Of a stretch of DNA of 41,598 nt, positions 16,867 to 25,101 are shown piece by piece. Every line of letters begins with the position of its first letter. Positions within the stretch are counted from its first letter, which is position 1. The DNA is from Thermoplasmata archaeon (GTDB lineage: Archaea > Thermoplasmatota > Thermoplasmata > Lutacidiplasmatales > UBA184): NCBI GenBank assembly GCA_022750205.1, contig JAKIWD010000003.1, positions 1 through 41,598 on the forward strand. Reading direction: 5' to 3'. Made by a program: the position numbers and the translations under genes. The notes below the pieces were generated by a model. It saw only the letters and a program-made list of their open reading frames with translations, was not told where the DNA came from and ran no database searches.

Positions 16867-19288
16867 GGAGCCCGATCGAGCCGTCTCGGCGAGCGAAGGT
16901 TCGAAGGCCTGCCAGTCCCGCTCGGCCGTCGCGAGCGCGCTCGCAATCCTGTTGATCGTCGGGATCCCCTCGGGCTTCGGCCCCACCTTCTTCCCGCATG
17001 GGCCCACGGTCGTCCCCTCGACTCCTCCAATGGTCCCCATTGCGACCCCCGCACATCGAGCCGAGGGCACCCCCGAACTGGATCGAGTCGCCTCGGCACA
17101 CGCTCCCCCGACCCCCACCGTGGGCGGGGGCGTCAACCCGTACCGCTTCTACAACCGGGAACCGGCTCCCGTCGGGGAAGCCGACTACGGGATCGACGCC
17201 GCCGACACACCCTCCAGCTACTCGACTCCGATCTTCTATGCCCGGTTGTTCCTCGACAACATCGCCACGCAGAACGCGAGCCTATCGGAGCCTCGGATCG
17301 CAACGTTCCAGCTGAACGTGAATCTGTACTTCACCCAGAACTCGACGGTCTACGTCTATTGGATCCAGGACGTCCTCGAGTACAACACCTCGAGCGGGAT
17401 CACTCACTTCTTGGACAACGTCTGGAACGCGTCCGGGCTCGGTACCCAGATGCTGAACTCCTCGATCACCGGCCTCGGCACCGTGACCGGATCGCCGGCG
17501 GGTGCCTACTACTTCGCCAACGCCGGTGCGCAGGCCGGCAATGTCGTGACCTTACAACTCCCGACCGAGGTCGATCTCCAGGTGGTCTCGGAGACCGTCG
17601 GGGGGGCCCCCGGCATTGCGTTCGAATTCCAGGACGGGTTCGGTTGGCAAGGGTTCGACACGGTCTCCTTCCCCTTCGCCGTCGGCGCGGTCGACTCCGG
17701 ATTCGTCGTCGATGGATTCCAATACCGGCCGGACGGCGCCTATCTCGATGCCGAGGTGACGATCGGAGGCCCGGGAGGGGGAAGCCAGACCAAGGTCGAT
17801 GCGTCGAGCGTGAACGTCGAGCTTCTTTACTGGAACGGCCACAACCTGCAGGCGATCGTCAACGCCTACAATTTCGGGAGCGATACGGCGGAGGGGGTCA
17901 CGAACCTTGCCTCGACCGTGCAGTACTCCGGTGAGAACGGCACGCCCGCGGCGGCGCTTCGCATCAACGCGTCGGCCAAGCTGGGGCCGCTCTTCGACCG
18001 CGCCGACGTCGGAATCGTGAACATCAGTACGTCGGTGCCGGCCGGCGCCCTCTTCGTCAACGGCACGTTCTATGGAGCGTACCAGGGCGGGCAAGCGAAC
18101 CTAACGGTCGGCCCGGGGAACTACACGTTCTCGATCTACGACGCCGGGTTCCTCGAGGGGTCGGTGGCCGCTCGGGTGACCGCAGGGGCCTACGTGCCGT
18201 TGCAGGTCGCATGGCACGACGTCTACTTCGCGAGCTTCATCACCGCGGGTCTTCCCTCGGGGATCATCTGGTCCGTCACGCTCAATGGTACGCCCCAGGA
18301 GTCCGATGTCGGGGTCATCTCCTACCTGGTCCCGCCCGGCAGTTATGGGTACATCATCAACCCGCTCTCCGGATTTGTACCTTCCCCGGCGTCGGGTACC
18401 GTAAACATCACGAACGCGGGTCGGAACGTCACCATTAGCTGGTCGGTGCGGGAGTTCCAGGTGTCGTTCATCGCGCTCGGACTCCCGAGCGCTCTTGAGT
18501 GGTCCGTCGTGGTCGCCGGGACGCTGTACGCGAGCCCCACCGCCGTGATCGTGGTCGCCGAGGCGCCTGGAACCTACGCGTACTCGTTCGGCGAGGTGGC
18601 CGGATTCCACACCAACCCGACCGAGGGTTCCGTGGACGTGATCGCCACGAACTTGACCCTCAATGTAACCTGGACCCGATTCACCTATGTGGTCGACTTC
18701 GTGGCGCAAGGGTTGTCGAGCGGGCTCGCGTGGGGCCTGGCCGTCGAGTCCAACGGGGTCTGGGTCAACAGCTCGGGGGTCGCCGCGATCGTCGGGGTGC
18801 CGCTCCCGAACGGCAGCTTCGAGTACGCCGTCACCGCGCCGGCTGCCGCGGTCGTGTACCCTCCGCAAGGCGCAGGGACGGTCGTCGGGAAGGCGCTGGA
18901 CGTGGTACTCGTCTTCTCGGCGGCGAACGGGTACCTCGCCGGGACGATCACGCCGGTGACGGCATCCCTTTGGGTCGACAACGTCAGCGTCCCCCTGGTG
19001 AACGGCTCGTTCAACACCTCGGTCTCCCCCGGTGAACACGAGGTACGGGCCTCCGCCGCGGGCTACGAGTCCGCGGATCAGCTTCTCCTGGTGGCGGCGG
19101 GTACGGTGACCCCCGTGCATTGGGACCTTGCCAGCCAAGTCGCGGCCCCCACCTCGCTCTTCAGCAACCCGGCCGTGCTCGGGGCGGTCGTCGGGCTCGG
19201 GGCTATCGCGGTCGCAGGGCTCTGGTTCTGGAGACGACGGCGGACCCGGGTCGCTTCGGAACGACCGGTCGTTCTCGACGAGCCGTGA
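16853..19288 (+). CDS. Thermopsin-family membrane-anchored protease, paralog 2
   Basis: PAPVGEADYG, FQLNVNL, YVYWIQDV, FLDNVWNAS, DAEVTIGGPGGGS and AYNFGSDTAEG. Three stalk repeats, a PEGA-like domain, and a TM helix followed by RRRR. The ATG at 16853 overlaps the paralog 1 end by 14 nt and precedes a signal-like hydrophobic stretch. Confidence 0.9.
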   Translation: MTTFREPDRAVSASEGSKACQSRSAVASALAILLIVGIPSGFGPTFFPHGPTVVPSTPPMVPIATPAHRAEGTPELDRVASAHAPPTPTVGGGVNPYRFYNREPAPVGEADYGIDAADTPSSYSTPIFYARLFLDNIATQNASLSEPRIATFQLNVNLYFTQNSTVYVYWIQDVLEYNTSSGITHFLDNVWNASGLGTQMLNSSITGLGTVTGSPAGAYYFANAGAQAGNVVTLQLPTEVDLQVVSETVGGAPGIAFEFQDGFGWQGFDTVSFPFAVGAVDSGFVVDGFQYRPDGAYLDAEVTIGGPGGGSQTKVDASSVNVELLYWNGHNLQAIVNAYNFGSDTAEGVTNLASTVQYSGENGTPAAALRINASAKLGPLFDRADVGIVNISTSVPAGALFVNGTFYGAYQGGQANLTVGPGNYTFSIYDAGFLEGSVAARVTAGAYVPLQVAWHDVYFASFITAGLPSGIIWSVTLNGTPQESDVGVISYLVPPGSYGYIINPLSGFVPSPASGTVNITNAGRNVTISWSVREFQVSFIALGLPSALEWSVVVAGTLYASPTAVIVVAEAPGTYAYSFGEVAGFHTNPTEGSVDVIATNLTLNVTWTRFTYVVDFVAQGLSSGLAWGLAVESNGVWVNSSGVAAIVGVPLPNGSFEYAVTAPAAAVVYPPQGAGTVVGKALDVVLVFSAANGYLAGTITPVTASLWVDNVSVPLVNGSFNTSVSPGEHEVRASAAGYESADQLLLVAAGTVTPVHWDLASQVAAPTSLFSNPAVLGAVVGLGAIAVAGLWFWRRRRTRVASERPVVLDEP

Positions 19289-19348
19289 CATTTCTCCCGC
19301 GGGCCTCGCGGCGCTCGGGAGGAAGATCCAACCTGAGGCCGAAGAGGC

Positions 19349-19576
19349 CTAGCGACTATGTTCCGCCCGATTATGATCCGAGAGCGCGGGGATCGAGTGG
19401 AATTTCTGACGGCAGACGGCGCAGCGGAACTTGGCGTTCCCCGGACGGGGCGATACCGCCCGGGCCGTCGAGGTGTGGACTTCGCCCCGGTGAGACTGCA
19501 GTAACTCTTGCGACGGGAAGTTCCGCCCGCAGTCCGCGCAGACCACGCCCAGCTCGTCGTATTCGACAAACGGCAC
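19349..19576 (-). CDS. Small protein with two C2H2 zinc fingers
   Basis: CADCGRNFPSQELLQSHRGEVH and CAVCRQKFHSIPALSDHNRAEH both fit C-x2-C-x3-F-x5-L-x2-H-x4-H. The ORF fills the gap between convergent genes. Confidence 0.85.
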   Translation of the reverse strand: MPFVEYDELGVVCADCGRNFPSQELLQSHRGEVHTSTARAVSPRPGNAKFRCAVCRQKFHSIPALSDHNRAEHSR

Positions 19577-19655
19577 AGGCGCGCCAATGCAGCGGTCCTA
19601 TTGGGGGTTGTCGCACCGCCGCGAGATCGCCCGGCGCGTTGAGTGGGGGACGGAT

Positions 19656-20339
19656 CTACCGCTCGAGCTCGGAATACCGCCACGCCCCGATGGCGAGCGC
19701 GGCGGCCCCGGCGACCGCGAGCCCGGCCGGGAACCTGAACGAAATCTGGTGCTGGAAAACGAGAAGACCGACGACGCCGGCGACCACTACTCCGGCGAGG
19801 ACACCGGCGACCAGCGCTTGGGCGGCCGAACGGGTGACCGCGGCGGCCGCTGCGGCCGCTCCCCCCAAGAAAAGGAGGAGGGCCAGGATCGCGAGAGCGA
19901 GCGCCGCCGGTGCGAACAGCGGTGCCGGGGGGATCCCCGAGGGAGTCACGAGCCCGGGCGTGACCCGCAGCACCAAGAGGGCGCCCAGCGCGTACATCGC
20001 CACCGGCCCGCCGACGCTCAGCGCCAGCCGGCCGACGACCGCGGCGCTACGCGACTGCGGCAGCGCGAACGAGGTGAGGTGTGCGCGGAGGCCGATCTCC
20101 TCCCCTACGGCGAGCGCGGTCAGGTCGAGCACGATCATGCCGCCGAGCCCGCCCGTGATCAACAGACCGAGGATCTCGGCGGTCGCCACCGACGGGATCT
20201 TGAGGTAAAGGTCCGCGATTGCGCTCCCCACGGGTCCGGCGATCGGTGGGATCAGGAGCAGCCAGCCCCGTTGGGAGCGACGCCAGCGGCGAAACTCCCA
20301 GCGAGCGTTCGCGCGGAAGGTGGCGACGGCGCCGCTCAT
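19656..20339 (-). CDS. ABC-2 type exporter permease
   Basis: About six hydrophobic segments, with an N-terminal ARWEFRRWRRS and a GEEIGLRAHLTSFALPQSRS loop resembling the ABC-2 ExxxGTxxxLLxxPxSR motif. The ATG at 20339 overlaps the ATPase stop (ATGA). Confidence 0.8.
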   Translation of the reverse strand: MSGAVATFRANARWEFRRWRRSQRGWLLLIPPIAGPVGSAIADLYLKIPSVATAEILGLLITGGLGGMIVLDLTALAVGEEIGLRAHLTSFALPQSRSAAVVGRLALSVGGPVAMYALGALLVLRVTPGLVTPSGIPPAPLFAPAALALAILALLLFLGGAAAAAAAVTRSAAQALVAGVLAGVVVAGVVGLLVFQHQISFRFPAGLAVAGAAALAIGAWRYSELER

Positions 20340-21280
20340 CCCTCCTCCCGGCCGACGAGCTCGAGGTAGCGGCGGGCCAGGTCGGACTCCGGCACGCTCG
20401 CTCGAGAAAGTGGGAGCCGGGCGGCGACGATCTGGCCGATCAGTTCGGATTGTCGTCGCTCGTCCCCGACGAACTCCAGCCGCCAATCGCGGTCACCCTC
20501 CGCGGTCAGCGCTGCCCCTGACCCTACCGCGGCCCGAAGGCGGTCCGCCTCGATCTCCCCGGCGAACCGCAGGAGGAGGCACCGTTCGCCGTGCTCGGCC
20601 TCGACCTTGACATCGCGACGCACCGGCTCGTCGCCGACGAGTCGACCATCGCGCAGGAACAACACCCTCTCGCAGACCGCTTCGACATCGTCCAAGAGAT
20701 GGGTAGACATCAGCAGGGTCCGGCCCTCGCGACGCAGTCCCCGGAGGAGCTCGCGCAGGTCCCGCCGGCCGGCCGGATCGAGGCCCAGTGTCGGCTCGTC
20801 GAGCAGGATCACCGACGGTTCCCCCACGAGGGCCGCGGCCAAGAGGAGCCGCCGGCCGAGTCCGGTCGAGAGCGTGCCCATCGGGCGCCCGAGATGCCCG
20901 TCGACGCCGGTCGCCGTAGCGGCCGCGACCGCGGCGCGATGCCATTCGCGCGACGGCAATCCGCGGATCTCGGCGACGTGCTCTAGGAGATCCTCCCCGT
21001 GCATGTAGGGGAGCGAGCCGGGGCTCTCGACCAGCGCACCCACGCGGGCGAGCGCGGCGATCCGGTGGTGGACCGGGTCGAGACCGTCCACCTCCAACCT
21101 CCCGGAGTCGGGGCGGAGGAGCCCGATGAGCAGCTTCATCGTCGTGGACTTCCCGGCGCCATTGGGCCCGAGGTACCCCACCGACTCTCCGGACCGCACC
21201 GTGAAGTCGACCGAGTCGAGGGCGGTGCGGTCACCGAACTTCTTGGTGACTTCAGAAAGCGCGATCGCGGGCGCGGCCAA
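20336..21280 (-). CDS. ABC transporter ATP-binding protein (exporter type)
   Basis: Walker A GPNGAGKST, signature LSTGL, Walker B ILLDEP and H-loop STH. Probable TTG start at 21280, preceded by GGAGGT and by TTAA at 21307-21304. Confidence 0.92.
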   Translation of the reverse strand: MAAPAIALSEVTKKFGDRTALDSVDFTVRSGESVGYLGPNGAGKSTTMKLLIGLLRPDSGRLEVDGLDPVHHRIAALARVGALVESPGSLPYMHGEDLLEHVAEIRGLPSREWHRAAVAAATATGVDGHLGRPMGTLSTGLGRRLLLAAALVGEPSVILLDEPTLGLDPAGRRDLRELLRGLRREGRTLLMSTHLLDDVEAVCERVLFLRDGRLVGDEPVRRDVKVEAEHGERCLLLRFAGEIEADRLRAAVGSGAALTAEGDRDWRLEFVGDERRQSELIGQIVAARLPLSRASVPESDLARRYLELVGREEG

Positions 21281-21435
21281 CGTACCTCCGACCTCGCTCG
21301 GGGTTAAGATGCTCGCGGCGGACGGGTGCGCCGCGAGCCCGCTCCCGCGCGAGGTCGAACGGATCCCGTGCCCAAGGGTGGAGAATATAGGCCCCACCGG
21401 TGTGGGCGCGCGAGACACAATCCGCGGACAGTTCC

Positions 21436-22869
21436 ATGTGCGCATTTCGATACGAGCGACGTCCGATCCCCGAGGAGAACCGGGAGGAGCGCGTCGAGGG
21501 GTTCGGCGAGATCCTCCACAGCTACACGCCCGAGGAAGCGGTGCTCGAGGCCCAGCGGTGCCTGCAATGCGCCATGCCATTCTGCGTGCAAGCCTGTCCG
21601 ATCACGCAGGATTGTCGGGGGTACCTCTTGGCGGTCGCCCAAGGGGATTTTGACGGGGCCGCCCGGATCACGTTGATGGACAACCCGCTCGCGACGGTCC
21701 TGTGCAAGACCTGCTATCACTACTGCGAGGAGGACTGCGTGATGGGCGGGAAGGGAGTGCCCATCGCAATCCGACATATCAAGCGGGCCGCGCTCGAGTT
21801 CGGGAAATCGGATACGCTCTACGTTCCAAGCACGCCCCGCCACGAACGGATCGCCATCATCGGCGGCGGTCCCACCGGCATCCAGGCGATGTGGGAACTG
21901 TGCCTCCGGGGGTACGCCGTCACCCTGTTCGAGGCCGAACCCTTCCTGGGGGGGCAGGTCGAGACGATCCCCAAGTACCACCTCGCCGGCAACGAGCTCG
22001 ACCTTGACCTCGCCCGGTTCAAGGACCTGGACTGCACCGTCGTGACGGGAAAGAAGGCGGGCGTCGACTTCACCCCCGAGACACTGATCGCCGAGGGGTA
22101 CCTGGCGGTCCTCGTCGCCATCGGCGCCTCGGACCCGCGCGCTCTCGGCATTCCCGGAGAGCACTTGCCCGGCGTCTTCACCGCCCTTCAATTCCTCCTG
22201 GCGATGAACAAGGGCCCCGACGTGCTCCTCGGACGCCAGGGGCGGCGCGTGGTGGTCGTGGGGGGTGGGGATGTCGCGCTCGACGCGGCCCGCTCCTGCG
22301 TACGCTTGCCGGAGGTGGCCGGGGTGACCGTCGTGTACCGCAGGGGCCGCACCGACATGCCGGCCGGGGACGAGGAGGTCGAAGGGGGCGAGATCGAGGG
22401 GGCGACGTTCCTCTTCCAACGAAACCCCGTCCGGATCCTCGGGACCGCTCGGGTCGAGGGGATGGTCGTCCAGACGATGCAACCCGGTCCTCCGGACGCG
22501 ACCGGGCGACCGACGCAGGTCCCCGTGCCGGGATCGGAGACCACGCTCGACTGCGACACGATCGTGATCGCCGCCGGGGAGACCGCGGAGATCGCCGCGC
22601 TCCCCAAGGAACTCGACTTCAACCTCTCCTCCCACCCGTGGCCTCAGGGGAAGAAGGAGGATTGGATGACCGACGTCGAAGGGGTGTTCGCCGGCGGCGG
22701 AAAGTCCGTGGTCTACGCCATGGGCGCCGGAACGCGGGTAGCGATCGCCATCGATGCGTTCATCGCCCGAAAGAAGGGACGTAGCCCCACCCCGCGACCG
22801 AATCCGCTCGGGGGGCCGGACGCGCCGAAGCTCCCCGCCGGGTACGGCGGACCGACCTGGCACCTCTGA
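21436..22869 (+). CDS. GltD/SudA/NfnB-like Fe-S flavoprotein (NAD(P)H-dependent oxidoreductase)
   Basis: EAQRCLQCAMPFCVQACP and CKTCYHYCEEDC (Fe-S), IAIIGGGPTG (FAD), VVVVGGGDVALD and VYRR (NADPH), TDVEGVFAGG. Start placed at ATG 21436. Confidence 0.9.
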   Translation: MCAFRYERRPIPEENREERVEGFGEILHSYTPEEAVLEAQRCLQCAMPFCVQACPITQDCRGYLLAVAQGDFDGAARITLMDNPLATVLCKTCYHYCEEDCVMGGKGVPIAIRHIKRAALEFGKSDTLYVPSTPRHERIAIIGGGPTGIQAMWELCLRGYAVTLFEAEPFLGGQVETIPKYHLAGNELDLDLARFKDLDCTVVTGKKAGVDFTPETLIAEGYLAVLVAIGASDPRALGIPGEHLPGVFTALQFLLAMNKGPDVLLGRQGRRVVVVGGGDVALDAARSCVRLPEVAGVTVVYRRGRTDMPAGDEEVEGGEIEGATFLFQRNPVRILGTARVEGMVVQTMQPGPPDATGRPTQVPVPGSETTLDCDTIVIAAGETAEIAALPKELDFNLSSHPWPQGKKEDWMTDVEGVFAGGGKSVVYAMGAGTRVAIAIDAFIARKKGRSPTPRPNPLGGPDAPKLPAGYGGPTWHL

Positions 22870-22918
22870 TCCCGCGGGGACCGGAGAGCGCCGCCGCGAG
22901 CTCGGTGCTCCGGGCCGT

Positions 22919-23311
22919 TCACTTCGAGAAGTGGCGAACGAGGGCCTTCCAGTAGTACTCCTTCCAACCCTCGCTGATGCTCGCGAACGACGAGGCCGGA
23001 ATTCCGTACTGGGCGAATTCGATCCGCGTCCCCTTCCCGGCCTTGGTCAACTTGAAACGCGCGATCGAGTAGTGCCGCTCGGGCCAGGAATCCGCCCGCC
23101 ACGCCCAGACGATCTCCTTGGGCTTGTGATGCGCGAGGATGAACCCCTCCAGACTCCCGTCGTACATCGAGAAGGGCGCCCCTGGTTTCTTGCCGATCTT
23201 CGCCGAGCCGCCGCTGAACGCCGCGTGCTCGCCGGCGTTGACGAGCGCGTGGTAGACCGCGCTGGGGGCCGCCGGGATCGTTGCGTGCTGGCTGAGGTTC
23301 TTGACCTTCAT
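22919..23311 (-). CDS. SRPBCC domain protein (Aha1/AHSA1-like)
   Basis: IPAAPSAVYHAL, GAPFSMYDG, IVWAWRADSWP, GTRIEFAQYGIP and EGWKEYYW. ATG at 23311. Confidence 0.88.
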   Translation of the reverse strand: MKVKNLSQHATIPAAPSAVYHALVNAGEHAAFSGGSAKIGKKPGAPFSMYDGSLEGFILAHHKPKEIVWAWRADSWPERHYSIARFKLTKAGKGTRIEFAQYGIPASSFASISEGWKEYYWKALVRHFSK

Positions 23312-23610
23312 CGTCAGGATGGCTCCTCGCCCGAGGGGAGGCCGCAACGCTACATAGGGGGTTCTGACGCGGCTCGGAGCGGGGGACGCCCGCGGACAGG
23401 GCGGCATTCGGATGGCGCAGTGTGGTTCTCCGGTCGGTGGCGGGCCACGCGCTTCGAAGAAATAGGTCGTAGACCTCGTGGCTCGGTCGACGGAACTCGG
23501 TCTGGGCTGAACTCGGAACGACGGGCCAAGTGACGTGGTGGGGGTCCGCCCACCCTCGCTATGGCGACGGAGTTCGATACGGGGAGTGCTGGCGCTGGCC
23601 GCCGAAACAC

Positions 23611-25101
23611 CTAGCGTGCGAAGAGGGAGCGGAACCAGCTCCCGATCTCATCGAGCGCTTCCCAGCCCTCGTCGACGAGGCCCCGATAATCGATGAAGCC
23701 ATGCGGCATGCCCGGGTATCGGGTGGCGCGGACCGGAACCAAGGCATCGTGCAGCCGTCGCGCGTACGCCTCCCCCTCGTCGCGCAATAGGTCGTACTGG
23801 GCGGTGATGACCAGCGCCGGGGGAAGTCCGGAGAGTTCCGTGGCGTTGAGCGGGGCGACACGGGGGTCCTTCCCCTCCTCGGCGTTCGTGAGGTATTGCT
23901 CCCACATCCACGGCATGAACGCCGTCTCGAAGCCGTACCCTTTCGCATTCTCGGTGTACGATTCCGTGAGGGGCATGTAAGCCGTGATCGGGCAGATCAA
24001 TACCTGGCCGGCGATCTTCGGTCCGTTGCGTTCGCGGGCCAGCAGGCAGACCACCGCGGCCATGTTCCCCCCGGCGCTATCTCCGGCGACCGCGACCCGG
24101 GCCGGATCGGTCCCGAGGCGAGCGGACACCGCCTCCTCAGAGAGCCAACGGACGGCCGCGAAACAGTCCTCGACCGCCGTCGGGAACTTGTGCTCGGGCG
24201 CCCGGCGGTATCCGACGGATGCGACCACGCATTGGGAGCGGTTGGCGATCTCCCGGCAGACGGTATCGTGCGTGTCGAGGTCGCCGAACACCCACCCGCC
24301 CCCGTGGAAGTAGGCGATGACCGGGAACGGCGACTCCCCGTCCTTGGGGGTGTAGACGCGGACCGGGACTCGGTGGCCCGACGGCCCGAAGCTCGTGGTC
24401 TTGAGCTGAGAGACCGCGGGGGCCGTACCAATGTACCCATCGGTTTCCCGCGACATCTGGCGCGCGATCTTTCGACCCTCTTCCGGTGACAGCGAAGTGA
24501 GGTCGGGGTAGGTCCCGGCCTCGTGCTCGAGCTGGGCCCGGATCTCGGGGTGGAACTCGGCCGATCGCGGCGGGGTCGGCGGCAACGGAGCGGCCTCCGG
24601 AGGCGGCAACTCCGCGGGCGGCTGGGCGCTCTCGTCCGTGGGAATGAGGTCGGCGAACGCGGGAGCCGGTGGGTCTTCGTGATCGGCGGCGGTCTCGATC
24701 GCCTCCGAGGGCGCTACTGCCTCGATCGGTTCGGGTGGGGGGGTGGAGAGGACCTCGACCGGCGGTTCAGGGGTCGCGAGGGCGGGCATGTCCGGCGGCG
24801 GGGCAACGGAGACCGGAAGCGCCTCGAAACGGCGTAGACGACCTTCGGGGGTGAAGGCGACCGCGAAACGGAACGATGCCCCCGCGTGCTGCGCCTCTCC
24901 GGTGCGGCCCCACCGATTGCCGTCGACACGTACCGCGTCGAGGTTCGGCCACGCGGTCCGTCGGCCGATCTCCTCGAGGAGCAGGACCCACTCCTGGGCG
25001 CAGAGCTTGCAGCAGAAGTAGGTCGACCGGCCCTGGACCTCCTGCCACCAGTCACCCCAGGTCGACCCGCAGAGCGGGCAGCCCTCAGGCGGGGGGTCCA
25101 T
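23611..25101 (-). CDS. Fusion protein: TA0938-like Cys4 zinc-binding domain, Pro/Glu-rich linker, HSL-family (family IV) alpha/beta-hydrolase
   Basis: The N-terminus GCPLCGSTWGDWWQEVQGRSTYFCCKLCA...RRTAWPNLD...GNRWGR resembles Thermoplasma TA0938 (recalled from memory). The C-terminus has HGGGW, GDSAGG, YDLLRDEG and MPHGF, giving an oxyanion motif and an intact Ser-Asp-His triad. One uninterrupted ORF. Confidence 0.88.
   Translation of the reverse strand: MDPPPEGCPLCGSTWGDWWQEVQGRSTYFCCKLCAQEWVLLLEEIGRRTAWPNLDAVRVDGNRWGRTGEAQHAGASFRFAVAFTPEGRLRRFEALPVSVAPPPDMPALATPEPPVEVLSTPPPEPIEAVAPSEAIETAADHEDPPAPAFADLIPTDESAQPPAELPPPEAAPLPPTPPRSAEFHPEIRAQLEHEAGTYPDLTSLSPEEGRKIARQMSRETDGYIGTAPAVSQLKTTSFGPSGHRVPVRVYTPKDGESPFPVIAYFHGGGWVFGDLDTHDTVCREIANRSQCVVASVGYRRAPEHKFPTAVEDCFAAVRWLSEEAVSARLGTDPARVAVAGDSAGGNMAAVVCLLARERNGPKIAGQVLICPITAYMPLTESYTENAKGYGFETAFMPWMWEQYLTNAEEGKDPRVAPLNATELSGLPPALVITAQYDLLRDEGEAYARRLHDALVPVRATRYPGMPHGFIDYRGLVDEGWEALDEIGSWFRSLFAR

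Noticed and set aside
21281-21580. N-terminal extension of the ABC ATPase
   Set aside because: It overlaps the divergent oxidoreductase gene. The SD-like and TATA-like signals fit the TTG at 21280.
23312-23610. About 300-nt gap that might hold a small ORF or ncRNA
   Set aside because: The candidate ORFs are low-complexity and motif-free, and no tRNA-like or repeat structure is recognisable.
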